A stretch of DNA of 64,000 nt from Patescibacteria group bacterium (lineage in GTDB: Bacteria > Patescibacteriota > Patescibacteriia > UBA10025 > JAHIVO01): assembly GCA_018816445.1 (NCBI GenBank), contig JAHIVO010000001.1, positions 8,354 to 72,353 of the forward strand, given 5' to 3'. The notes under the pieces were generated by a model. The model ran no database searches, was not told the DNA's origin, and saw nothing but the letters and a program-made list of their open reading frames with translations. Below, piece by piece: positions 56,797 to 64,000 of the stretch. The first letter of the stretch is position 1. Each line of letters opens with the position of its first letter. Position numbers and translations under genes: made by a program.

Positions 56797-58059
56797 ATGC
56801 CAAAATTTATTATACAAGGCGGCTCATCATTAAAAGGTGAAATAGAAGTCAGTGGAGCTAAAAATTCAGCTCTAAAATTAATGGCCGCAGCCCTGCTGAC
56901 AAGCAAGGATGTTCTTTTGGTGAATGTGCCTGATATTGAAGATATTCATACTATGAAGAAAATCCTTGAGAAACTTGGCGCAAAAATTGAATTTAATAAT
57001 CATGAAATGCATTTAAACTGCGCTGGTGTTAATAGTTACGAGCCTGATTATAAATTAGTAAAAAAATTAAGGGCTTCGGTAGTAGTTATCGGCGCTTTAG
57101 TAGCCAGGTTTGGTAAAGCTAAGATTCCCCAGCCTGGCGGTTGTATAATTGGCTCCAGGCCTATTGATACCCACATAAATGCTTTCAAACAGCTTGATAT
57201 TGAAGTGAAAGAAGAAAAAGATTTTTACTTATTTGAATGCAAAAAAGCCAGGCTCTCAGGTGCTAAAATAATTCTTGATGAAATGAGCGTAACTGCTACT
57301 GAGAATGCTTTATTAGCAGCGGTATTTGCAGATGGAATTTCAGAAATACATTTGGCTGCTTCAGAACCAGAGATTAAAGATTTAGCTGATATGCTGGAAA
57401 AAATGGGCGCTAAAATTAAAGGTGGCGGAACCCCTGTTATAAAAATTCAGGGAGTTGATAAGCTCACTGGTGTGGAGCATAGAATTATTCCAGATCGGAT
57501 TGAGGCAGGAACTTTTGCCATTGCTGCCGCAGTTAGCAGGGGGGATGTTAAAATTAAAAATATGATCCCAGACCATTTAGCCATAGTATTAAAAAAGTTT
57601 AAAAAAGCTAATATTACATTTGATATTGAGAATAACTCTACACTGCACATTAAACCCACAACAATTTTTAAAGCAGTTAATATTGACACCCGTCCGTATC
57701 CTGGATTTCCCACTGATTTACAGGCACCAATTTCAGTTTTATTTACTCAGGCCAAAGGAACCAGTAAAATATTTGAAACAATGTATGAAGGCAGGTTGGG
57801 TTATGTAAAAGAATTAGAAAAAATGGGTGCGGATATTAAAAAAGCTGATACGCACACAATAATTATCAATGGCCCAACCCCTCTTTATGGTAAGGAGATC
57901 ACCTCGTTTGATATTAGGGCAGGAGCTACTTTAATTATTGCCGCGCTTATTGCAGATGGTGAAAGTACAATTGATAAAATTGAGTTGGTGGATAGAGGGT
58001 ATGAAAAGATTGATCAAAGATTAAATAATATTGGAGCAAAAATTGAGAGAATTGGCTAA
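56797..58059 (+). CDS. murA: UDP-N-acetylglucosamine 1-carboxyvinyltransferase
   Basis: 'FIIQGGSSLKGEIEVSGAKNSALKLMAAALL', catalytic Cys in 'PGGCIIGSRPID' and 'GFPTDLQAP'. Confidence 0.9.
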   Translation: MPKFIIQGGSSLKGEIEVSGAKNSALKLMAAALLTSKDVLLVNVPDIEDIHTMKKILEKLGAKIEFNNHEMHLNCAGVNSYEPDYKLVKKLRASVVVIGALVARFGKAKIPQPGGCIIGSRPIDTHINAFKQLDIEVKEEKDFYLFECKKARLSGAKIILDEMSVTATENALLAAVFADGISEIHLAASEPEIKDLADMLEKMGAKIKGGGTPVIKIQGVDKLTGVEHRIIPDRIEAGTFAIAAAVSRGDVKIKNMIPDHLAIVLKKFKKANITFDIENNSTLHIKPTTIFKAVNIDTRPYPGFPTDLQAPISVLFTQAKGTSKIFETMYEGRLGYVKELEKMGADIKKADTHTIIINGPTPLYGKEITSFDIRAGATLIIAALIADGESTIDKIELVDRGYEKIDQRLNNIGAKIERIG

Positions 58060-58061
58060 AT

Positions 58062-59297
58062 ATGGAAAATTATAAAGCTGGAAAATCAAGTGGTATAAAA
58101 TTTTTAATAATTATTTTAGTACTTTTCTTAATAGTAATAAGTTTTTTTGCTGGTTTTTATGCTGGTGTTGATCAAAAAACCAATCAGCAGAATTCAGCCA
58201 GCTTTGGTGATGTTATAAACAAAGCCACCAGCGTATTTGATGATAATGACGAGATTGATATAAATTTATTTTTAAAAGTATGGAATAATGTAACTGAAAA
58301 ATATGTCGATAGGCCGGTTAATGACCAGGATTTATTTTATGGTGCCTTAAAAGGCATGATCAGAAGCTTAGGTGACCCATATTCAATATTTTTAGATCCA
58401 GAAGAAACAGAAAATTTTACACAAGAACTAAGCGGCAGTTTTGAAGGTATTGGAGCAGAAATCGGCATAAAAAATGACCAACTTACTGTCATTGCCGCCC
58501 TGCCTAATACTCCGGCTTATAATGCTGGATTGAAAGCTGGAGATAAGATTTTGAAAATTAATGATTTTGATACAATTGATATGAGCTTGGATATGGCTGT
58601 TAGTTTAATTCGTGGCCCACAGGAAACAGTTGTAGTACTGACAATATTATCAAGTAATAACGATGAAATTAACGAAATTTCAATAACCAGAAATATAATA
58701 GATGTTGAAAGTGTTACCTGGGAAATACTGGATGATAATATTGCTTATATCGAATTGATCCATTTTAACAGTGATACGTATAGTGATTTTAAAAAGATAG
58801 CTAATGAGATAATTTTAAAAAATCCCAATGGTATTGTCCTAGATTTAAGAAGCAATCCCGGTGGTTACCTTGATAATGCAATTGATGTAGCTGGTGAATT
58901 TTTGGAGGATAAAGTGATTGTTATTGAGGATTTTGGAGATAGTAGAGAAGAATATAAATCAGGCAATAATGCAAAACTGAAAGATATTCCCATGGTAGTT
59001 TTAGTTGATGCAGGGAGCGCTTCGGCTTCAGAAATTGTAGCTGGAGCCATGCAGGATTATGATAGAGCAACAATTGTCGGCGAGATGACTTTTGGCAAGG
59101 GTTCAGTTCAAGATTTTGAGGAATATATTGATGGCTCGTCACTTAAAATTACCGTAGCTAAGTGGCTAACTCCGAATGGAATCTCAATAGAAGATGAGGG
59201 GATCATACCAGATGTAGAGATAATCAACACAGAAGAAGACTTTAATAATAATCAGGATCCGCAGCTTGATAAGGCTTTGGAGATATTGAAACAATAG
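58062..59297 (+). CDS. ctpA: Carboxyl-terminal processing protease (S41 family, PDZ-containing)
   Basis: N-terminal TM, PDZ ('GIGAEIGIKND…VIAALPNTPAYNAGLKAGDKILKIND'), 'LDLRSNPGGYL' and 'VLVDAGSASASEIVAGA'. Confidence 0.85.
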   Translation: MENYKAGKSSGIKFLIIILVLFLIVISFFAGFYAGVDQKTNQQNSASFGDVINKATSVFDDNDEIDINLFLKVWNNVTEKYVDRPVNDQDLFYGALKGMIRSLGDPYSIFLDPEETENFTQELSGSFEGIGAEIGIKNDQLTVIAALPNTPAYNAGLKAGDKILKINDFDTIDMSLDMAVSLIRGPQETVVVLTILSSNNDEINEISITRNIIDVESVTWEILDDNIAYIELIHFNSDTYSDFKKIANEIILKNPNGIVLDLRSNPGGYLDNAIDVAGEFLEDKVIVIEDFGDSREEYKSGNNAKLKDIPMVVLVDAGSASASEIVAGAMQDYDRATIVGEMTFGKGSVQDFEEYIDGSSLKITVAKWLTPNGISIEDEGIIPDVEIINTEEDFNNNQDPQLDKALEILKQ

Positions 59298-59301
59298 AAA
59301 T

Positions 59302-59580
59302 ATGGCAAAATATTGGCTAATTAAAGTTTATGGTATTGTTCAAGGTGTAAATTTCCGCTATAATACAAAAGAGAGAGCTGATAAATTAGGGTTACGAGGC
59401 ACTGTAAAGAATTTAGGCGATGGAAGTGTTGAAATTTGCATATCCGGTAGTGATGAATCAATTAAGAATTTAATAAATTGGCTTAAATCCAGTCCTAATT
59501 CGTGTAAAGTATCTAAAGTTATCGTTGATAAACTTGAAAATGATAAAAATATATATAATGATTTTAAAATAGTTTTTTAG
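59302..59580 (+). CDS. acyP: Acylphosphatase
   Basis: 'VYGIVQGVNFRYNTKERADKLGLRGTVKNLGDGSVEI', the acylphosphatase signatures (VxGxVQGVxFR, GxVxNxxDGSV). Confidence 0.8.
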   Translation: MAKYWLIKVYGIVQGVNFRYNTKERADKLGLRGTVKNLGDGSVEICISGSDESIKNLINWLKSSPNSCKVSKVIVDKLENDKNIYNDFKIVF

Positions 59581-59582
59581 TT

Positions 59583-60038
59583 ATGACCATGGAAGTAATA
59601 TTATTGTCAGAAATAAAGAATGTAGGGCATAAAGGTGAATTAAAAAATGTTTCCGACGGTTTTGCGCGCAATTATCTGTTACGGAAAAAAGTTGCTCTTA
59701 TTGCCACACCCGCCTTAAAGCATCAGATTCAGGTTGAACTAGCCAGGATTAACAAGAAAGAAAAAAATGAAAATGTACAGATCAATAAACTAGCTTCGCA
59801 ATTAAAGAATTTCAGCGTTAATATATCAGCCAAGGCTAACGAAGATGGAACTCTTTTTAGCGGCATTAATAAAAATAACATTTTAGAAAGTATAAACAAT
59901 AAGATCAATTCCTCATTAAAAACGGATATGATTATCCTGAACAGACCGATCAAACAGATTGGTGAACATAATGTAATAATTAAGGTAAATAATAAAGAGT
60001 ATAAGATAAAAGTAATTATAAATAATCATGACACCTAA
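59583..60038 (+). CDS. rplI: 50S ribosomal protein L9
   Basis: 'MEVILLSEIKNVGHKGELKNVSDGFARNYLLRKKVALIATPALKHQ' matches the bL9 N-domain; 151 aa. Confidence 0.8.
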   Translation: MTMEVILLSEIKNVGHKGELKNVSDGFARNYLLRKKVALIATPALKHQIQVELARINKKEKNENVQINKLASQLKNFSVNISAKANEDGTLFSGINKNNILESINNKINSSLKTDMIILNRPIKQIGEHNVIIKVNNKEYKIKVIINNHDT

Positions 60039-61719
60039 AGAATGCAAGTATATATTTGTTTCAGGCGGGGTATTATCCGGCTTGGGCAAGGGGGTAGCGG
60101 CTGCTTCTTTAGCGTACTTGCTTCAAAATCGTGGCTATAAAGTAAGCGTTATCAAGTGTGAGAATTATCTGAATATTGATTCAGGCACTATTAATCCCGT
60201 TGAACACGGAGATCCTTTTTTATGTGAGGACGGCTTAGAGGCTGATATGGACCTGGGAACATACGAAAGATTTTTAAATCAGGAAATGGGCCAGAAAAAT
60301 TTTACAACTACCGGGCAAATATACAAGACTGTTATTGATAGAGAAAGATCTTTTGGCTATAACGGCGAAGATGTTGAGGCTATCCCGCATGTGGTTGATG
60401 AAATCAGCAGAAGGATTAAGCAGGCTGGTGAAGGCAGTGACATTATTATTATTGAATTAGGCGGCACAGCCGGTGAATATCAAAATATGCTTTATTATGA
60501 ATCGTGCCGGATTATGAAAGCAAAAATGCCTGGTCGCGTGTTAAACATCCATGTCAGCTATGTGCCGATGCCTAAGCACATTGGGGAACCTAAAACCATG
60601 CCTACACAGTTATCAATGAGAACTGTCATGAGTATGGGTATTATGCCGGAATTCCTGGTCCTACGCAGCGAGGCAGAGCTAGATAAGAGACGGCGTTATT
60701 TACTAGGTTTAAAATGTAATGTCTCGGGGGATAATGTCATTATGGCCCCTGACTTAGATAGTATTTATGAATTACCCTTGATTTTTGCAAAGCAAAATTT
60801 TGATAGAAATATATTAAAGTTCTTTAAATTAAATTATCGTCAACCACATCTGGGTGAATGGAAAAAACTTATTAATAAAGTTAAATCAAAAAAGAAAAAA
60901 AGTGTAGAAATTATCATTGCTGGAAAATATTATAGTGCTACAGATTACGGATTGTATGATACATATGCCGCTTTAATAGAATCAATTAAACACGCCTGCT
61001 GGTTTCACAATGTTGGCTTGGATTTAAAAGTCATTAGCACTGAAGCTATTGAAAATAAAGGAATAAAAATTTTAGGCAAGCCAGATGGAATTATAGTGCC
61101 AATAGGCTGGGGCAATAGGGGAGTTGAAGGAAAAATCATGACAATAAAATATGCTCGGGAAAAGAAAATCCCTTATCTGGGTTTGTGTTATGGTATGCAA
61201 TTGGCTTGTGTTGAATTCGCCAGAAATGTTGTTGGCTTAAAAGACGCTAATTCTGAAGAAATTGATCCTAATACAAAAAATCCCATTATTCATAGCATAC
61301 CAATGAGCAGCAAATATCAAACCATTAAAGGCAAGGGAACCTCAATGCGTTTAGGTGCTTATAATTGTTATTTATTTGAAAAGAGTTTAGCTGCTTCAAT
61401 ATACTTAAAATATGAAGCTGGCGAAGTGATATCAGACAACAAAAAAACAAGAGAAAAGATTACGGCTAAAGGGAATGTAAAAATATCCGAACGTCATCGC
61501 CATCGTTATGAATTCAATAATAAATATAGGTCTGTATTAGAGGAAAAAGGAATGATCATTTCCGGTACTTCAGCTGATGATTTTTTCGTTGAAATGATAG
61601 AATTACCCAAAACAATGCATCCATTTTTTATTGCTACCCAAGGTCACCCGGAATATAAGTCTAAACCTCTAAAGCCGCATCCACTTTTAATAGAATTCGT
61701 TAAAGTCTGCCAAAAATAA
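60028..61719 (+). CDS. pyrG: CTP synthase
   Basis: 'KYIFVSGGVLSGLGKGVAAASL' and 'DMDLGTYERF'; glutaminase domain 'GLCYGMQLACVEFARNV' (Cys nucleophile) and 'HRHRYEFN'. Confidence 0.9.
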   Translation: MTPKECKYIFVSGGVLSGLGKGVAAASLAYLLQNRGYKVSVIKCENYLNIDSGTINPVEHGDPFLCEDGLEADMDLGTYERFLNQEMGQKNFTTTGQIYKTVIDRERSFGYNGEDVEAIPHVVDEISRRIKQAGEGSDIIIIELGGTAGEYQNMLYYESCRIMKAKMPGRVLNIHVSYVPMPKHIGEPKTMPTQLSMRTVMSMGIMPEFLVLRSEAELDKRRRYLLGLKCNVSGDNVIMAPDLDSIYELPLIFAKQNFDRNILKFFKLNYRQPHLGEWKKLINKVKSKKKKSVEIIIAGKYYSATDYGLYDTYAALIESIKHACWFHNVGLDLKVISTEAIENKGIKILGKPDGIIVPIGWGNRGVEGKIMTIKYAREKKIPYLGLCYGMQLACVEFARNVVGLKDANSEEIDPNTKNPIIHSIPMSSKYQTIKGKGTSMRLGAYNCYLFEKSLAASIYLKYEAGEVISDNKKTREKITAKGNVKISERHRHRYEFNNKYRSVLEEKGMIISGTSADDFFVEMIELPKTMHPFFIATQGHPEYKSKPLKPHPLLIEFVKVCQK

Positions 61720-61727
61720 TTTTCATA

Positions 61728-61762
61728 ACAAAAAACCGTCTTATTAAGTGACGATTTTTTTA
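61728..61762. terminator. Candidate bidirectional rho-independent terminator between convergent pyrG and rpmA
   Basis: 'AAAAAACCGTCttattaagtGACGaTTTTTTT': a short stem flanked by an A-run and a T-run. The stem is only 4-5 bp. Confidence 0.35.
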
Positions 61763-61771
61763 ATATAATAT

Positions 61772-62050
61772 TTAAAAGGGAATTACATTTACAAACATTG
61801 TAGGCGTAAGCTTGCCATTGTACTTCCGTACTTTTTTGTTAATAAATTCAACTTTACCCTTACATGTAGCAAATATTGTATCATTTCTGCCAAGTTTTAC
61901 ATTTTTGCCAGGCTTGAATTTTGTGCCTCGCTGTCGTACTATAATACTGCCAATATTGGTTGTTTGACCAGCGAACAATTTTACACCTAGTCTTTTTGAT
62001 TGACTATCCCGGCCTAAACTGGTTGTTCCGGTGCCTTTTACGTGTGCCAT
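61772..62050 (-). CDS. rpmA: 50S ribosomal protein L27
   Basis: '[29 protein letters not shown]…[16 protein letters not shown]' matches bL27. Confidence 0.9.
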   Translation of the reverse strand: MAHVKGTGTTSLGRDSQSKRLGVKLFAGQTTNIGSIIVRQRGTKFKPGKNVKLGRNDTIFATCKGKVEFINKKVRKYNGKLTPTMFVNVIPF

Positions 62051-62133
62051 AGTTAAATTATATCAATTATTTATAAATTATTTGATTATTATCTTAAACT
62101 AATGCAGGAAGATTGTCAAGATAATTCTCTAAA

Positions 62134-62466
62134 TTATTTAAAAGGACTTAAGATTTCCTGATTATATTGCTCTAAGCTCTCTTTCTTTTCAATAATGTTA
62201 GTATTAATTTTATTTAATAAATCTATGTTGACTTTTTGTTTTTTTGCAATAATCTCACTTTTATCAATTTCTTTTTGAGCAATTATATTAGAATACAAAG
62301 TATTATAGTTATAGTAGGCAAACCAGGCGATAATTATTAAAGAAATTAGATAAACAATTAATTTCAAATTATTCTTAATTACTTTGGTTATTTTTTTGAG
62401 AATGCTTTCAGGCTTCATTTGTTTATTGTGTATAGATATAAGCAATAAGAACGGCCTCAATATCAT
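62134..62466 (-). CDS. Small membrane-anchored protein downstream of pilO (PilP-like position; function unknown)
   Basis: One TM (LIVYLISLIIIAWFAY) and a position after pilM/N/O; no motif. Confidence 0.3.
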   Translation of the reverse strand: MILRPFLLLISIHNKQMKPESILKKITKVIKNNLKLIVYLISLIIIAWFAYYNYNTLYSNIIAQKEIDKSEIIAKKQKVNIDLLNKINTNIIEKKESLEQYNQEILSPFK

Positions 62467-62983
62467 CTCCTGAACGGTTTATTGATAAGTCGTAGATATT
62501 AACATAGAAATCAAGATTTTCTATATTAACCAGATATTTTGAAAAATTTTGCCAATTTCCTTTAGTATTTAAAGTAATTGAAATTTTATCCTTAATATCT
62601 GATTGACTTGAGATATTTAAATTAATATTCTGCGTCACTTGATTATCGGTTGCTAAGTTTTCCAGTGTTGAAATCAGATTTAGGAAATTGTTCTTGTCAA
62701 TGAATACTTTTGCAATTGTATCAGCATCACTTTTTATTTGAAAATAATCATCTCTAGTTGATTCTATGTTTTGACGCTGTTGTTCATAAATTGCAAGCTT
62801 TACTCTTTTATCGTAAATCTTTTCATCGAGCAGATTGATACTGCTGTATAATGGGAACAATCCAAAAATTATTATAGCAATTATTAAAACTCCAATTATA
62901 CCACTTAAAATTAGTATTTTTTTTGAATTATTAAGTTTGATCATAAAATTTTTCGGTAAATTCGCCAAGTATTTGAAAATCAA
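62423..62983 (-). CDS. Type IV pilus inner-membrane assembly protein, PilO-like
   Basis: 186 aa with an N-terminal TM (ILILSGIIGVLIIAIIIFGLF), a coiled-coil and a periplasmic domain; gene order pilM-pilN-pilO. Confidence 0.45.
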   Translation of the reverse strand: MIFKYLANLPKNFMIKLNNSKKILILSGIIGVLIIAIIIFGLFPLYSSINLLDEKIYDKRVKLAIYEQQRQNIESTRDDYFQIKSDADTIAKVFIDKNNFLNLISTLENLATDNQVTQNINLNISSQSDIKDKISITLNTKGNWQNFSKYLVNIENLDFYVNIYDLSINRSGDDIEAVLIAYIYTQ

Positions 62984-63488
62984 TATTTTCTTTTTTTATC
63001 AAATTGGAAATTGGAGATACGATTTTTGTAAAGAATACAAAATTTTCAAAATTTTCATTCAATTCAAGTAGATTTTCTCTGGTTAGTGCTTTTCCGGAAA
63101 TTGTAAATTTTTTATTTATGGCATCAAATTTTATGCTAGATAATACTATTCCATCCGGGATTATTGATGAAGATTTATCAATAAATCCGGACCACTCTAT
63201 GTATTCAGCCTGGATGCCTTCAATTAAGACCAGCTGCTGATTCAATTCCTCGATAGTATCTTCAATAGAGGTTATCTTTTCTTGTTCAAGTAGGCTAATT
63301 TCCCCTTCAATATTTTCATCTAAGGATTCATTTTCATTATTAAGTAGTAAATAATTAAAATAAAGGGTGATAGATATGATTAATACTAAGCTTATGGCTA
63401 AAAAAGAAATATGCTTAATAATATAGTATACTTTTAATTTGCGTAAACTATTTTTCTCCTCATGGCCTAGTAAGTTAAATGAAATCAT
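62931..63488 (-). CDS. Type IV pilus inner-membrane assembly protein, PilN-like
   Basis: 185 aa with an N-terminal TM (HISFLAISLVLIISITLYF) and a coiled-coil; immediately downstream of pilM with overlapping stop and start. Confidence 0.45.
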   Translation of the reverse strand: MISFNLLGHEEKNSLRKLKVYYIIKHISFLAISLVLIISITLYFNYLLLNNENESLDENIEGEISLLEQEKITSIEDTIEELNQQLVLIEGIQAEYIEWSGFIDKSSSIIPDGIVLSSIKFDAINKKFTISGKALTRENLLELNENFENFVFFTKIVSPISNLIKKENIDFQILGEFTEKFYDQT

Positions 63489-64000
63489 ATAATATTGCTA
63501 TCCTTTAAAGATAACCCGATAACTGTGCTGTAAGGAAGGAAATCAGTTTTCCAGTTTTTATAATTTGTAGCAGTACAATTTGTCCAGGGATTGCCGACAG
63601 ATACAGTTCTTTTGAGTTTTTTTTCTAAGTATCTAGGCAATCCATCCATTCTACTGACACTGCCGGTAATAATTACTTTATCTATTTTACTATTGTTGCT
63701 GTCCATGTAATTTTCATAATATTCAATATTTTCAATAGCTTTATTTATTAGCCTGTTAATAGCAGGTTCAAGAATTTTTTTTATCTGACCACGGGCTTTG
63801 TTGTCATTTAAACCGCAGATAACTTTTGCTTTTTCAGCGTCCTTGATATCAAGTTTGATTGACTTAGCAATGATTTTTGTCATTTCCTGTCCGCCAATAT
63901 CAATAGTAGAATTATACTGGATTGTGCCTCCGGCATAAACTATTACGTTGGTTCGGCTTTTCCCTAAATCTATTATTAAACAAGATTGCTTCATATTGTT
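63485..64000 (-). CDS. pilM: Type IV pilus assembly ATPase-like protein PilM (actin fold). C-terminal half only; the gene continues past the window end.
   Basis: 'LIIDLGKSRTNVIVYAGGTIQYNSTIDIGGQEMTKIIAKSIKLDIKDAEKAK…VIITGSVS' corresponds to the second actin-like subdomain of PilM. The frame is open to base 64000. Confidence 0.65.
   Translation of the reverse strand, partial: NNMKQSCLIIDLGKSRTNVIVYAGGTIQYNSTIDIGGQEMTKIIAKSIKLDIKDAEKAKVICGLNDNKARGQIKKILEPAINRLINKAIENIEYYENYMDSNNSKIDKVIITGSVSRMDGLPRYLEKKLKRTVSVGNPWTNCTATNYKNWKTDFLPYSTVIGLSLKDSNII

Noticed and set aside
57382-57808. Three short ORFs (62-88 aa) overlapping murA on both strands
   Set aside because: murA is supported along its full length, and these are frame artefacts.

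Overview
This window is AT-rich (roughly 30% GC by eye), gene-dense bacterial DNA. Short overlaps between consecutive genes are common and Shine-Dalgarno motifs are weak. The protein set (MurA, CtpA, bL9, bL27, CTP synthase, PilM/N/O) indicates a bacterium; a reduced CPR/Patescibacteria-like genome is my guess, not proven. About 55 kb (1..~55,300) is one large cell-surface glycan biosynthesis island.

The island contains:
- nucleotide-sugar pathways: UDP-glucose 6-dehydrogenase plus UDP-glucuronate decarboxylase (UDP-xylose), rmlBDCA (dTDP-L-rhamnose), an RfbH/DdhC (E1)-like 3-dehydrase, a Cap5E/PseB-like dehydratase with an RmlD-like reductase and a UDP-GlcNAc 2-epimerase (2-acetamido-2,6-dideoxy-L-hexose route), and a Gfo/Idh/MocA oxidoreductase with a DegT aminotransferase and a hexapeptide-repeat (LbH) acetyltransferase (2,3-diamino-sugar route);
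- at least 15 GT2/GT4 glycosyltransferases, four GT-C-like polytopic membrane proteins and two Wzx-type flippases;
- four SAM methyltransferases and S-adenosylhomocysteine hydrolase;
- an embedded sulfate-activation module, cysD-cysN (ATP sulfurylase with no APS-kinase domain), flanked by two alkaline-phosphatase-superfamily proteins and two small ribbon-helix-helix proteins.

The most unusual signal is that both ribbon-helix-helix proteins end in a C-terminal peptide that closely mimics the C-terminal tail of CysD.

The 3' part of the window is housekeeping (murA, ctpA, acyP, rplI, pyrG, rpmA), followed by a partial type IV pilus pilM-pilN-pilO block at the window edge. I found no CRISPR array, no convincing tRNA or rRNA, and no recognisable transposase or integrase.
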